The notes below the pieces were generated by a model. That model saw only the letters and a program-made list of their open reading frames with translations, searched no databases and was not told where the DNA came from. A DNA stretch of 52,963 bases, counting the filler, from Spirochaetales bacterium (GTDB taxonomy: Bacteria > Spirochaetota > Spirochaetia > Treponematales > UBA12059): the NCBI GenBank assembly GCA_016928955.1. It is 2 parts of 2 records of this genome, joined end to end, with 100 filler letters (N's around TTAATTAATTAA, not from the genome) between each part and the next. Parts side by side here need not be neighbours in the genome. Positions count along the whole stretch, not along the records: positions 27,962 to 52,963 come from JAFGJV010000045.1; 1 more part is not named here. One strand, written 5' to 3'. Position 1 is the first letter of the stretch. Each line of letters starts with the position of its first letter. The position numbers were made by a program, and so were the translations under genes. Below are positions 38,248 through 47,782 of the stretch, piece after piece.

Positions 38248-40380
38248 TCAGGCGGGAAAGCTGAACAGCACGGCGCCCGGCTGGGTGTGCAGGTAATCCG
38301 AGCTGGCGCCAAGCTGGGCGGCGGCCGCCATGATAGCCGGATCGTCGGCAAGTTCGTCCGCCGTGATCTTGGAAAAACCGCGCATGCTGTAGCGCACCTG
38401 CCCGCCGGAGCAGTGAAGCTCTATCTTGAGGGGCTCGGACAGGCCGTCGCGTCCCGCAAGGGCCGTTTTGGCGCTCAGGGCAACCAGGGTCATGGCGGGC
38501 ACGGCTTTCTCCGCGCTCAGGATACCGGTACCGGACGCGGACACGTCCAAGCTCCCTGTGCCCCGCAGCAAACGGGGCAGGTCGCGCTCGAGCATGAGCG
38601 CTATGTCCTGGTCCAGGGCGCTCTCCGAGTACTGGTCGTGCAGTTCCGACAGCATGTCCACGGCCCACAGGAACTCGTCCAGTTTGCCTTGGCCATCCGC
38701 GGCCGGCCGCTGGGCCATGCGGCCAAGGATTTCCAGGTCGTCGCGCAGTCTGGTACGCAGCTGGATGAGGAGCGTCGACTTCCTGGACAAGGCGCTGCCC
38801 AGTTCCGCGCGCATGATGCCCGCCATGACCAGGAACATGCCCAGCATGACGCCGTGGTTCAACCCCAGAGACGGGGCCGGCGGACCGCCGGGCACCGCGA
38901 ACAGCCACAGAAGGTACACGGCCCCCAGCCACGCCGCTGACAGGGGCAGGTAGGTCCTGCCTCCAAGATGCATCAAAGCCATGGCCAGACCCGGTATGGC
39001 CAGGAGCTGGGTGCCCACCAGGGCGTCGCTTCCCATCAGCACGGACAGGGCGCCGGACACGCACACGCCAAGGGAGAACACCCACACCGCGGGCATAATG
39101 AGGCCGACGCGGGTCAGGCCGTAGGTCACAGCCAGCACCACGAGGCCGAGCATGGTGGATGTCTGGATGCCGTTGTTGGCGGACCACTTGATGGCGGCGA
39201 TCACGATCAGGTTCAAGAAGCCCAACAGCGAGTACAGCACCAGGGACCTGGCCAAAAGGTAGTCGCCCATGGAGCGCTTGGCGTTCCTCACGCCGATCAG
39301 GAACCTGGTCACGGCGCCCGGCACGACCACGGGGGCCAGGCGGGCCTTCTCCAGGTACGACAGCTCCGCCGCGTGGCCAAACCGTATGCCCCAGCAGGAT
39401 GCGTGCTCGTCCCTCTCTGCTCCCAGCTGGGCCATCAGAGCCTCGGCCAGCTGGCGTTCATCGTCTATGCACACGGCGGCGTCCGGGTTGCCCGAATCCA
39501 GGCGCATGACCACAAACGACCCGTCCGAGCGGCAGCTGAGTACGGAACGCGTGTGCGGTGGCAGGGCGTACATGGCCCTGGACGCAAGGAGCAGGGCGGG
39601 CATGGCCCTGTCCATGGGCAGGCTGAGATCGCGCTCACCCTGTATGGTGACGTCAAGCTCGTCGCCTTCCGCCGCTATCTCGGTCAGGGCGCTGGAAAGG
39701 TTGACGCTGGTCACGTCGGCGGCCCTGGAGAGGACGTCCTGGACCGAGCGCATGGCCTTCAGATCGCGCCTGAGCTTGTCGCCCGAATCGCGGGTGTCCG
39801 CCGCCTCGGACGCCAGCCCGTGGACTATCTGCAGGGTATTGCGGACGCGGTGGTGGAGCTCGGACAAGAGGCGGTCGGCGTCCAGGCCGGTCAGGCGGAA
39901 ATTGGATGAGAACACGGCGGCCGACGCTATGGTCAGGCCCACGGCCGACAGGGTGTTCATGGCCATGGACTGGCTCAAAGCCTGCCGGTCATGCAGGAAG
40001 AACCACGCCAGCGAGCCAACGGCGGAAAACGCCATGGACCAGCGCGCCTCGCGGAGGCCGTCAAAATACATGCACAGGGCCATCAAGGCCGCGTAGAACC
40101 CCAGCGACACGCCCTGCTCGCCGGCCTGGCCCCTGAAGGTGCCGAACAGGATGATGGGCCCCAGGCTGAGTTCGGCCAGGCGCACGGCCAGCTTGTAGCG
40201 TCCCGTGGCGGTCAGCACTATGGCCACGCTTGCCATCAGCACGCCGAGCGCGTGGAATATCCTGAACCGCTCGCCCTCGATCACGGACAAGATGGTCATG
40301 GTGCCTGAAAAGGCCACCACCGCCGACATGAAGATAATGAAGTTGCGCTTGCGTGCCCGATCGGGAACCCGTGCGTCCAC
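38248..40380 (-). CDS. Membrane protein with two tandem multi-TM + degenerate HisKA_2 kinase-like modules
   Basis: GGAGG then GTG at 40380; LLSELHHRVRNTLQI in module 1; homologous but His-less LLIQLRTRLRDDLEI in module 2. Confidence 0.7.
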   Translation of the reverse strand: MDARVPDRARKRNFIIFMSAVVAFSGTMTILSVIEGERFRIFHALGVLMASVAIVLTATGRYKLAVRLAELSLGPIILFGTFRGQAGEQGVSLGFYAALMALCMYFDGLREARWSMAFSAVGSLAWFFLHDRQALSQSMAMNTLSAVGLTIASAAVFSSNFRLTGLDADRLLSELHHRVRNTLQIVHGLASEAADTRDSGDKLRRDLKAMRSVQDVLSRAADVTSVNLSSALTEIAAEGDELDVTIQGERDLSLPMDRAMPALLLASRAMYALPPHTRSVLSCRSDGSFVVMRLDSGNPDAAVCIDDERQLAEALMAQLGAERDEHASCWGIRFGHAAELSYLEKARLAPVVVPGAVTRFLIGVRNAKRSMGDYLLARSLVLYSLLGFLNLIVIAAIKWSANNGIQTSTMLGLVVLAVTYGLTRVGLIMPAVWVFSLGVCVSGALSVLMGSDALVGTQLLAIPGLAMALMHLGGRTYLPLSAAWLGAVYLLWLFAVPGGPPAPSLGLNHGVMLGMFLVMAGIMRAELGSALSRKSTLLIQLRTRLRDDLEILGRMAQRPAADGQGKLDEFLWAVDMLSELHDQYSESALDQDIALMLERDLPRLLRGTGSLDVSASGTGILSAEKAVPAMTLVALSAKTALAGRDGLSEPLKIELHCSGGQVRYSMRGFSKITADELADDPAIMAAAAQLGASSDYLHTQPGAVLFSFPA

Positions 40381-40448
40381 CGCGCCCCTCCCCCGTCTAG
40401 CATAGACCAAACGGAAGAAAAGGCAAGTTTGCGCGTCCGGCCTGGACG

Positions 40449-41684
40449 CTAGGCGCGGCCCATGATGCGGAGGGCCTTCCGCGCGCGCTCGGCCCGCTCC
40501 ATGGCCTCCTCGGCGCTGGGGGCTATGGCCGTCAGGTGGCCCATCTTGCGGAAGGGCCTGACCTCCCGTTTGTCGTACAGGTGGACGCTGACGCCGGGAA
40601 CGGAAAGCGCGTCGGCAAGACCCAGGTAGTCTGGCTCGCCGGTGGCTCCCGGCTCGCCCAGCAGGTTGACCATCATGCCGGGCATGATCAGGGCGGTGGA
40701 GCCCAGGGGATAGCCGGCCAGGATCCGGTAATACTGCTCGAACTGGCTGGTAACGCACGCTTCCATGCTAACGTGACCGGAGTTGTGGGGCCGGGGCGCT
40801 GCCTCGTTGACCAGGATGGAGCCGTCCGCGGTCAGGAACAGCTCCACGCCGAACACGCCGGCGGCTCCGGCGCTCGGGTGGCCCTCTGCCGCGGCCTCGG
40901 CTTTGGCGGCCGAATCCAGGGCGTCCACCACGCTCCTGGCCACGGCCTCGGCGCTGGCCAGCGTTTCGGGCGGCACGCGGGCCGGCATCAGCACGGAGTC
41001 GCACAGGTTGGCCCGCTCGTCGAACACCATTTCCACGCAGGGATAGGACGCTTCCCGCCCGGCCTGGTCGCGCGCCACCACCACGGCCAGCTCCTTGTCG
41101 AACGCCACCTTGCGCTCCACAAAACTCGGCACGGCCAGGAGCCTGCCGCCGTCCCCGGCGCTCCGGGCGTCGGCCTCGTTCCGGATCACGGCCACGCCCC
41201 TGCCGTCGTAGCCTCCGCGCCTGGCCTTCTGCACCACGGGATAGCCGCCCAGGCTGAGGGCCGCTTGGTGGAGGCCGTCCGGCGTGGCCGGGCTTTGGCC
41301 GCCGTCCACCCAGGCCCAGGCCGCCGTGGGTATGCCGTTGGCGTCCATAAGCTCTTTCTGCCTGCCCTTGTCCTGGATCAGGGCCAGCACGGCGGCCGCG
41401 GGGATGACGGGCATGCCCCCGCGCTCAAGCTCCCACAGCGCGTCCACGTTGACGTGCTCGATTTCGTAGGACAGCACGTCCACCTCGCGCGCCACTTCCA
41501 TCACGGCCTCGTAGTCCATGAGGTCGCCCAGGTGCGTGGCGTCCGCCAGGTCGGCGGCCGGGGACGGGTAGTCGGGGGACAGCACCTCGATATACGAAAG
41601 CAGTTTGCGGGATTCCTCTATGGTCATGCGGCCGAGCTGGCCGCCGCCCAATATGCCTATGCGTTTCATGCTCTGTCCATCCAT
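40449..41684 (-). CDS. purK: N5-CAIR synthase
   Basis: GILGGGQLGRM, YEIEHV, GYDGRG, NEAAPRPHNSGH, RKMGH. Confidence 0.97.
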   Translation of the reverse strand: MDGQSMKRIGILGGGQLGRMTIEESRKLLSYIEVLSPDYPSPAADLADATHLGDLMDYEAVMEVAREVDVLSYEIEHVNVDALWELERGGMPVIPAAAVLALIQDKGRQKELMDANGIPTAAWAWVDGGQSPATPDGLHQAALSLGGYPVVQKARRGGYDGRGVAVIRNEADARSAGDGGRLLAVPSFVERKVAFDKELAVVVARDQAGREASYPCVEMVFDERANLCDSVLMPARVPPETLASAEAVARSVVDALDSAAKAEAAAEGHPSAGAAGVFGVELFLTADGSILVNEAAPRPHNSGHVSMEACVTSQFEQYYRILAGYPLGSTALIMPGMMVNLLGEPGATGEPDYLGLADALSVPGVSVHLYDKREVRPFRKMGHLTAIAPSAEEAMERAERARKALRIMGRA

Positions 41685-41697
41685 GCGCCTTTGTTTT

Positions 41698-41733
41698 GGG
41701 AGCCTCTACAAACTGCGGTTTTTTGAGCTTCCC
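41698..41733. repeat. GGGAGCCTCTA-type palindromic repeat, copy 2
   Basis: GGGAGCCTCTACAAACTGCGGTTTTTTGAGCTTCCC, closely similar to 28642-28677. Confidence 0.75.
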
Positions 41734-41734
41734 T

Positions 41735-44509
41735 TTAGTCGGCGTCGTCGTCAGCCGGGTCCGGGTCGGGCACGTAGCGGGCGGCCGGATTGGGCGCGCG
41801 CATGGAACCCAGCTCGGGATTCCGCACCACGTCCCGGGGCTTGGGCCCCTGGGCCTTGCCCACAATGCCCTTCTCTTCCATCAGCTCGACGATGCGCGCG
41901 GCTCGGTTGTAGCCTATCTTGAGCTTGCGCTGGAGATAGGACGCGCTTGCCTTGCCCTGGGCCAGCACGATCTCCAGGGCCTTCTCGAACAGCGGGTCCT
42001 CGTCGTCCTCGTCAAAGAGGCTCGGGCCATCGTCCTCTTCCTCGTCTATGAAGATTTCCTCGTCGATATAGTCGGGCTCGCCCAGGGTCTTGACGTGGGC
42101 CACCACGCGCTCGACCTCCTCTTCCGACACGTAGGCGCCCTGCATGCGCATCGGGAAGGCGTCCGTGGCGCTGGAATACAGCATGTCGCCCCGGCCCAGG
42201 AGCTTCTCCGCGCCGACCATGTCTATGATGATGCGCGAGTCGAACTTGCTGGCCACCATGAAGGCTATGCGGCTGGGGATGTTGGCCTTGATGAGGCCCG
42301 TGATCACGTCTATGCTCGGCCGCTGGGTGGCCAGGACCAGGTGGATGCCCACGGCGCGGCTCATGGCCGCCAGGCGGGCCAGCGTGGACTCCAGCTCCTT
42401 GCCCGTGGTGGCCATCAGGTCGGCAAACTCGTCTATGATGACCACGATGTACGGCAGCTTGTCCGTGGCCATCTTCTTTTCCGTGATCTTGCGGTTGTAG
42501 CTCCGTATGTCTCGCACTCCCATGGCGTCCAGGAGGCTGTAGCGCCGTTCCATCTCGCATATGCAGTACTGCAGGGCCTGGAAGGCGCGCTTGGGCTCGG
42601 TGATCACCGGCGTGAGCAGGTGGGGTATGCCGTTGTACAGCTTGAGCTCCACGATCTTGGGGTCGATGAGGAGAAGCTTCACCTCGTTGAACGAGCGCCG
42701 GTACAGGATGGACAGGATGATGGAGTTGACGCACACGGACTTGCCCGCGCCCGTGGCGCCCGCTATGAGCAGGTGGGGCGTCTGGGTCAGTTCCACCACC
42801 TGCACGTCGCCGGTGATGTCCTTGCCCAACACCACGGGCACTTCCATCTTGGCCGCCTTGAAGGCGTCGCTCTCCACGATTTCCCGGAACGACACGATGG
42901 CCCGCTTCTCGTTGGGCACCTCTATGCCCACGGCGTGCTTGCCGGGTATGGGCGCCACGATGCGCACGCTGGACGCCGCCAGCCTGAGGGCTATGTTGTC
43001 TGACAGGTTGGCTATCTTGGCCAGGCGTACGCCGGGCGCGGGCAGGATCTCGAACATGGTGATGACCGGGCCCTTGCGTATGCCGGTGACCTCGGCCTCT
43101 ATGTTGAATTCCTTGAGCGTGTCCCGCAGCGTGTCCGCGGCCTTGCGGGTCTTGTCGTCTATGATCCAGTACTGGCCGTCCGGGTACTGCATGAGGATGC
43201 CGTCCGTGGGCACGGTGTAGGCCACGGCCGGCTTCCTGCGCGACACTTCCCGCACAACGGCGGCGCCGGTTGCGGCCGCGGCCTTGCGCGCTTCCGCCGA
43301 CGGCTTTTTCTCGCCGCCCGAGCGCAGGGCGTCCTTGTGCTCGCCGTCCTGGAACACTTCCACTGACGGCAGGAGGGGAGCGCGCGCCGGGGAAGCAGCG
43401 CCGTCGTCGTCCCAGAATTCTGCGGACAGGGCCGGGTCCTCAGGCAGGCCGTCCTGGGTCCGGCCGAACATTACGGGTATGGGCTCGTCGTCAGCGCTCC
43501 GGCCGTCCGGCTCTTCGTCCGGCGGGCCGGCTATCAGGCTGTCGGACACGCCGGCGGTCAGGTCGGGCTCCGGCGGGCCGTCAGCGTCGTCCACTTCCGT
43601 GGGCGCGTCGGCCTCGCTGTAGTCTATGTCCGCGTCGGCCCGGCCCGGCAGATAATCGGCTTCTTCAATAACGGGGATCAGCTCGGGGAGCTCGGGCACA
43701 GGGTCCCGCTCTACCGCCCTTTCCGTTCCGTCCAGAGGCTTGCCCGTGTTCAGCGACACAAAGGCCGGCCGCCTCCTGGCTTCTTCAGTGCCGGCCGGCG
43801 GCAAGGTGCCCTCTAGGGCTGGCTCATGCTCAACGCTGTCCGGAGCGTCCGCTGCCGGACCCCCGGAAACCGGGCCGCCCCACAGCGGCTTGAAACGCTT
43901 GTCCCGGCCGGCGGGCTGTTCAACGCCGCTCTCAGCGTCCGGGCCGGCGGTCGGCGCGTCGTTGGCCGCGCCCTCAGCGCTTTGGATGGGGCCGCTCGTG
44001 CCCGCGCCGGTTTCCGGCTGAGCGGCATATACCGGCCGGACGGTCCGGCGCGCGCCGAACACCCGGCGCCGTATCACCAGCACGCCGAGCATCAGCGCCA
44101 GCGCCAGGGCGGCAAAAGAGGCGGCCGTCCAGCCGCGGCCCAGGCCCTGGAGCGCGGGCCAGGCGTTTTCCCAGGCGTCTGGACGGTCAAGGTAGCGCGC
44201 CAGGGCGCTGAGTACGGCAAAGGGAGCCAGGCTTCCGACCAGGGTGAACAGGATGTCCGCGCGGAAACCGGGCATGAACAGCACGATGGCGGCCGTCCAG
44301 AAATAGGCGGGCAGGAAAAAGGCGGCCCAGGATAGGCCACCCAGCAGGAAACCCGATACGCCGTCAGGATCAAAGCCGGCCGACAGGGCCAGGGCGCCCC
44401 GCATCAGCTCGTAAAACAGCACGGCGCCCGCCGCGGCCAGCACGGCGCCCGTCACAAGGGGCAGGGGCGAGGTTCTGGCTACACGCGGCGACTCGAGAGG
44501 TTCCATCAT
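41735..44509 (-). CDS. ftsK: DNA translocase FtsK
   Basis: N-terminal TMs, acidic/Pro-rich linker, PHLLIAGATGAGKS, IIDEFAD, LATQRPS, gamma domain LQRKLKIGYNRA. Confidence 0.97.
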   Translation of the reverse strand: MMEPLESPRVARTSPLPLVTGAVLAAAGAVLFYELMRGALALSAGFDPDGVSGFLLGGLSWAAFFLPAYFWTAAIVLFMPGFRADILFTLVGSLAPFAVLSALARYLDRPDAWENAWPALQGLGRGWTAASFAALALALMLGVLVIRRRVFGARRTVRPVYAAQPETGAGTSGPIQSAEGAANDAPTAGPDAESGVEQPAGRDKRFKPLWGGPVSGGPAADAPDSVEHEPALEGTLPPAGTEEARRRPAFVSLNTGKPLDGTERAVERDPVPELPELIPVIEEADYLPGRADADIDYSEADAPTEVDDADGPPEPDLTAGVSDSLIAGPPDEEPDGRSADDEPIPVMFGRTQDGLPEDPALSAEFWDDDGAASPARAPLLPSVEVFQDGEHKDALRSGGEKKPSAEARKAAAATGAAVVREVSRRKPAVAYTVPTDGILMQYPDGQYWIIDDKTRKAADTLRDTLKEFNIEAEVTGIRKGPVITMFEILPAPGVRLAKIANLSDNIALRLAASSVRIVAPIPGKHAVGIEVPNEKRAIVSFREIVESDAFKAAKMEVPVVLGKDITGDVQVVELTQTPHLLIAGATGAGKSVCVNSIILSILYRRSFNEVKLLLIDPKIVELKLYNGIPHLLTPVITEPKRAFQALQYCICEMERRYSLLDAMGVRDIRSYNRKITEKKMATDKLPYIVVIIDEFADLMATTGKELESTLARLAAMSRAVGIHLVLATQRPSIDVITGLIKANIPSRIAFMVASKFDSRIIIDMVGAEKLLGRGDMLYSSATDAFPMRMQGAYVSEEEVERVVAHVKTLGEPDYIDEEIFIDEEEDDGPSLFDEDDEDPLFEKALEIVLAQGKASASYLQRKLKIGYNRAARIVELMEEKGIVGKAQGPKPRDVVRNPELGSMRAPNPAARYVPDPDPADDDAD

Positions 44510-44524
44510 CTAACTATCGGCAGT

Positions 44525-45322
44525 CTAGCGGAGGAACAGAAGGCCAAGGATGCCCGCCGGCACCAGGTACGCGGCAAACCATGCCAGGCGACCCCTGCGC
44601 ACCAGGGGCATGAGCGCCAGCAGGGCCAGCACCCCAAAGCCAAAGGCTGCCATGGCTCCCACGGCCAGGCTGAGCGGCGGAACAGCCGAGCCCAGTTCGC
44701 CCAGTTCCGGCAGTTTGAGCACCAGGGCGCCCAGTATGGTCGGTATGGCCAACAAGAAGGCGAATTCGCCGGCCGTGTTCCGTTCCATGCCGGAAGCCAG
44801 GCCCGCCCCAATGGTTATGCCCGAGCGGCTGATACCGGGGAACACGCCAAGGCCCTGGGCAACGCCCACTATGACGCCGTGCCTGAGCGTGAGCGAGCGG
44901 AACTGGTCCGAACCCTTGAAGCGGGACGACACCACCAGTATGGCCGCCGTCACCAAAAACATGCCCGCCACAATTGCGGGGCGGGCGGACAGGTCCACGC
45001 GCTCCACGGCCAGGCCAACCACGGCGGTCAGCACGGTGGCCACCGCGCCAACCCGCACGATGGCCAGATTGTCGGCGTCGCCCTGGTCGTGTTTCCTCCG
45101 GAGCCAGCGCCATACGGACGCAAAAATGCCTCCCACGCGTTTCCTGAACACCAGCACGATGGACAGGAGGGTGGCCACGTGCAGGATCACGTCGAACAGC
45201 ACGGGCACCTCGGACAGGCCCAGAAGGTCCTTGAATATCAACAGGTGGCCGCTGGATGAAATCGGCAGAAACTCGGCTATGCCCTGGAAAACGCCCAGCA
45301 GAAGGGCCTGTAACGCGTTCAT
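44525..45322 (-). CDS. uppP: Undecaprenyl-diphosphate phosphatase
   Basis: QGIAEFLPISSSGH and PGISRSG. Confidence 0.96.
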   Translation of the reverse strand: MNALQALLLGVFQGIAEFLPISSSGHLLIFKDLLGLSEVPVLFDVILHVATLLSIVLVFRKRVGGIFASVWRWLRRKHDQGDADNLAIVRVGAVATVLTAVVGLAVERVDLSARPAIVAGMFLVTAAILVVSSRFKGSDQFRSLTLRHGVIVGVAQGLGVFPGISRSGITIGAGLASGMERNTAGEFAFLLAIPTILGALVLKLPELGELGSAVPPLSLAVGAMAAFGFGVLALLALMPLVRRGRLAWFAAYLVPAGILGLLFLR

Positions 45323-45614
45323 GACTACTCCTCTTTGGCGACTATACCACGCTGCCGGCCCGCTTATCCACGCGGTGGCGGATTTTCCACGGACCCGGCG
45401 GCCGTATCGGGCCCTTGAACAGGCGCCTGTTTCTGATTATCTTAGCTGAACATGTCCGGACGGACGGAGCCTTGCTCCCCGCCCGGCAGCCTAGTGGACG
45501 ATACGGCCCACCACGGAAGCTACCGCGGCATCGCCCGCCTCCCCTTCGTCGCATCCTGTTCAGTCCGGCGCCCGTCCCCATACAGTCCAAGTTTCTTAAG
45601 GAAGGAAGCACCGC

Positions 45615-46166
45615 ATGACCATTCAGAAGGACCGCGTCGTAGCCATCGAATACGAGCTCAAGGGCTCGGACGGCCAGCTGATAGACAGCTCAGAAGGCCA
45701 GGCCCTGGAATACATCCACGGCAACGGCAACCTCATACCCGGCCTGGAGCGCCAGCTCGAGGGCAAGCAGGAAGGCGACAGCCTGTCCTGCGTGGTAGCC
45801 CCCGCGGAGGGGTACGGCGAGCGCGACGACGAGCTCATCTTCCAGGTGGGCATGGACAACTTTGCCGAGCCCGACAAGGTACAGGTGGGCACGCAGTTCC
45901 ACGCCCCCACCGAGCAGGGCCTCCAGGTGGTCACCGTCACCGCCGTGGAAGGCGACACGGTCACCGTGGACGCCAACCACCCCCTGGCGGGCAAGGACCT
46001 GCACTTCAGCGTGACCGTCAAAAGCGTCCGCGACTCCACCGACGAGGAACGCGCCCACGGCCACGTGCATGGCGCCGGCCACGACCACGATGAGTGCGGG
46101 GAAGACGGTTGCGGCTGCTTCGGCGACTGTTCGGAGGAAGGCTGCGGCTGTTCGGGCTGCCATTGA
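45615..46166 (+). CDS. slyD: FKBP-type peptidyl-prolyl isomerase with His/Cys-rich tail
   Basis: LIPGLE, EGYGE, DANHPLAG, HGHVHG...CGC tail. Confidence 0.95.
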   Translation: MTIQKDRVVAIEYELKGSDGQLIDSSEGQALEYIHGNGNLIPGLERQLEGKQEGDSLSCVVAPAEGYGERDDELIFQVGMDNFAEPDKVQVGTQFHAPTEQGLQVVTVTAVEGDTVTVDANHPLAGKDLHFSVTVKSVRDSTDEERAHGHVHGAGHDHDECGEDGCGCFGDCSEEGCGCSGCH

Positions 46167-46171
46167 CAGGC

Positions 46172-46567
46172 ATGGACAACGAAGGCGCGGCCAGGCGGCC
46201 GCGCTTTAGGCCCAAGCTCCTGGACCTGGCCATTGTGGCCGTGGCTGCGGCGGGCTTTGCCTTCAGCGCCGTAACGGTATACGGCGGATCCCAGCCGTCC
46301 ACCCTGGTGGTGAGTTCGGGGTCCGTACAGTGGCTCTATCCCCTGTCCGAGGACCGGACCATTCAGGTGGAAGGCGCCCTGGGCGTGTCCACCATCGTCA
46401 TAGAAGACGGCACGGCACGATTCCTGGACTCACCCTGCCGCAACAAGACCTGCGTTGCGGCCCACCCCGTCCACGCGGCCGGGGACTGGTCAGCCTGCCT
46501 GCCCAACGGCGTGTTCATCCGCGCCGAAGGAGAAAGCCACACCGATGTCGATGCCATTGTCCGCTGA
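46172..46567 (+). CDS. NusG domain II (DUF1312)-type membrane-anchored protein
   Basis: N-terminal TM; DSPCRNKTCV and ACLPN motifs. Confidence 0.85.
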   Translation: MDNEGAARRPRFRPKLLDLAIVAVAAAGFAFSAVTVYGGSQPSTLVVSSGSVQWLYPLSEDRTIQVEGALGVSTIVIEDGTARFLDSPCRNKTCVAAHPVHAAGDWSACLPNGVFIRAEGESHTDVDAIVR

Positions 46568-47078
46568 GCGCAGGCGTCGCCTGGGCGCCTTTCTGGCAGC
46601 CCTGGCTTTCTTCCTGTCCACCGTGGAGTACATGCTCCCCCGCCCCGTGCCCTTCATGCGGCTCGGGCTGGCCAACCTGCCCCTCTTGTTTGCCGTGGAC
46701 CTTCTGCCCTTTGGCGCCTACCTGGGCCTGGCCCTGGTCAAGGTGCTGGGCATGAGCGTGCTGTCAGGCTCCCTCTTCTCGTATGTGGCGGTTTTCTCCC
46801 TGGCGGGCACCCTGGCCAGCGCCCTGGCCATGCGGGGACTGCGGGCCCTTGCCGGCCCCGAGCGCCTGTCCTATCTGGGTCTGTGCGTGGCCGGCGCCCT
46901 GGCGTCCAACCTGGCCCAGGTCGGCCTGGCCAGGATCTTTGTGTTCGGTTCGAGCGCCCGCTACATGCTGCCGGCATTCTTGGGCCTTGGACTGGTTTCG
47001 GGCTCGGTATTGGGGGTGTTTGCCCAGCTGTTCGCCTCCAGGTCAAGCTGGCTGGCCAGGGTCAGGGGGCAGGCATGA
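46545..47078 (+). CDS. Gx transporter family protein (heptaprenyl-PP synthase component I-like)
   Basis: EYMLPRPVPFMRLGLAN, SLAG, SNLAQ. Confidence 0.87.
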   Translation: MSMPLSAERRRRLGAFLAALAFFLSTVEYMLPRPVPFMRLGLANLPLLFAVDLLPFGAYLGLALVKVLGMSVLSGSLFSYVAVFSLAGTLASALAMRGLRALAGPERLSYLGLCVAGALASNLAQVGLARIFVFGSSARYMLPAFLGLGLVSGSVLGVFAQLFASRSSWLARVRGQA

Positions 47079-47692
47079 CGCGTCCGGAGCGCAGGGAGCG
47101 CTGGGAAGCCACCTTTACCCCTGAAAAGCTGGCCCTGGCCGGGGCGACGCTGTCCGGCCTGCTGCTGTTCCAGCCGGGTCTGGCGGGCAGGCTTGTCATC
47201 CTGGTCGCCGCGGCCGGCGCCGCCTGGCTGTCGGGCAGGCGCCTGTCCCCCTTGACCACGCTCATGGTGACCGCCGGCATAGTGGCGGCCAACCTGCTGG
47301 TGCCCCTGGGAAGGAAACTGGCCGCCTTTGGCCCCATCCTGATCACCGAACAGGCTTTAATGGAAGGCATAGAGAAAGCCGTGACCTTTGAGGCCTTGGT
47401 GTTCATATCCAAAGCCAGCCTGGTGCAGGGCCTGCGCCTGCCCGGGCGCCTGGGAGCCATGTTCGGACAGGCCCTGGGCGTGTACAACCGCATCCTGGCC
47501 TACCGCGGCCGCATACGGCCGAAAAGTTTTATGGCCGATATAGACGCCGCCCTCGTTGCGGTGTATGCGGAAACGAACGATACTGTTAGTATAAGGGTAG
47601 ACGAATCAGGCCACTCCGGCGCCGCACGCCCGGGGGACCGCATGCTGATTCCAATAATCGGAGCCCTGGCCCTGACCTTGTTCATACCCTGA
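47075..47692 (+). CDS. Hypothetical membrane protein, possibly a short EcfT-like component
   Basis: ATGA overlap with the upstream gene; TMs and an NLL.P.G....FGP..IT...L.EG pattern. Confidence 0.55.
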   Translation: MTRPERRERWEATFTPEKLALAGATLSGLLLFQPGLAGRLVILVAAAGAAWLSGRRLSPLTTLMVTAGIVAANLLVPLGRKLAAFGPILITEQALMEGIEKAVTFEALVFISKASLVQGLRLPGRLGAMFGQALGVYNRILAYRGRIRPKSFMADIDAALVAVYAETNDTVSIRVDESGHSGAARPGDRMLIPIIGALALTLFIP

Positions 47693-47782
47693 CAGGCCAC
47701 CGACAAAGGCAAACGCTCCTTTGCCAATAGCCTGCTAATCAGCGGAGCGGCCTTTGGCCCGCCGCATCTTGAAGGACGACGT

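Noticed and set aside
43200..44050. Low-complexity acidic/Pro-rich stretch in ftsK as an insertion
   Set aside because: It is the ordinary variable FtsK linker.
15521..44509. Type VII secretion system (EccA-like ATPase, FHA proteins, FtsK)
   Set aside because: No WXG100 or multi-ATPase EccC/EssC gene. The FtsK has a gamma domain, is the division translocase and lies on the other contig.
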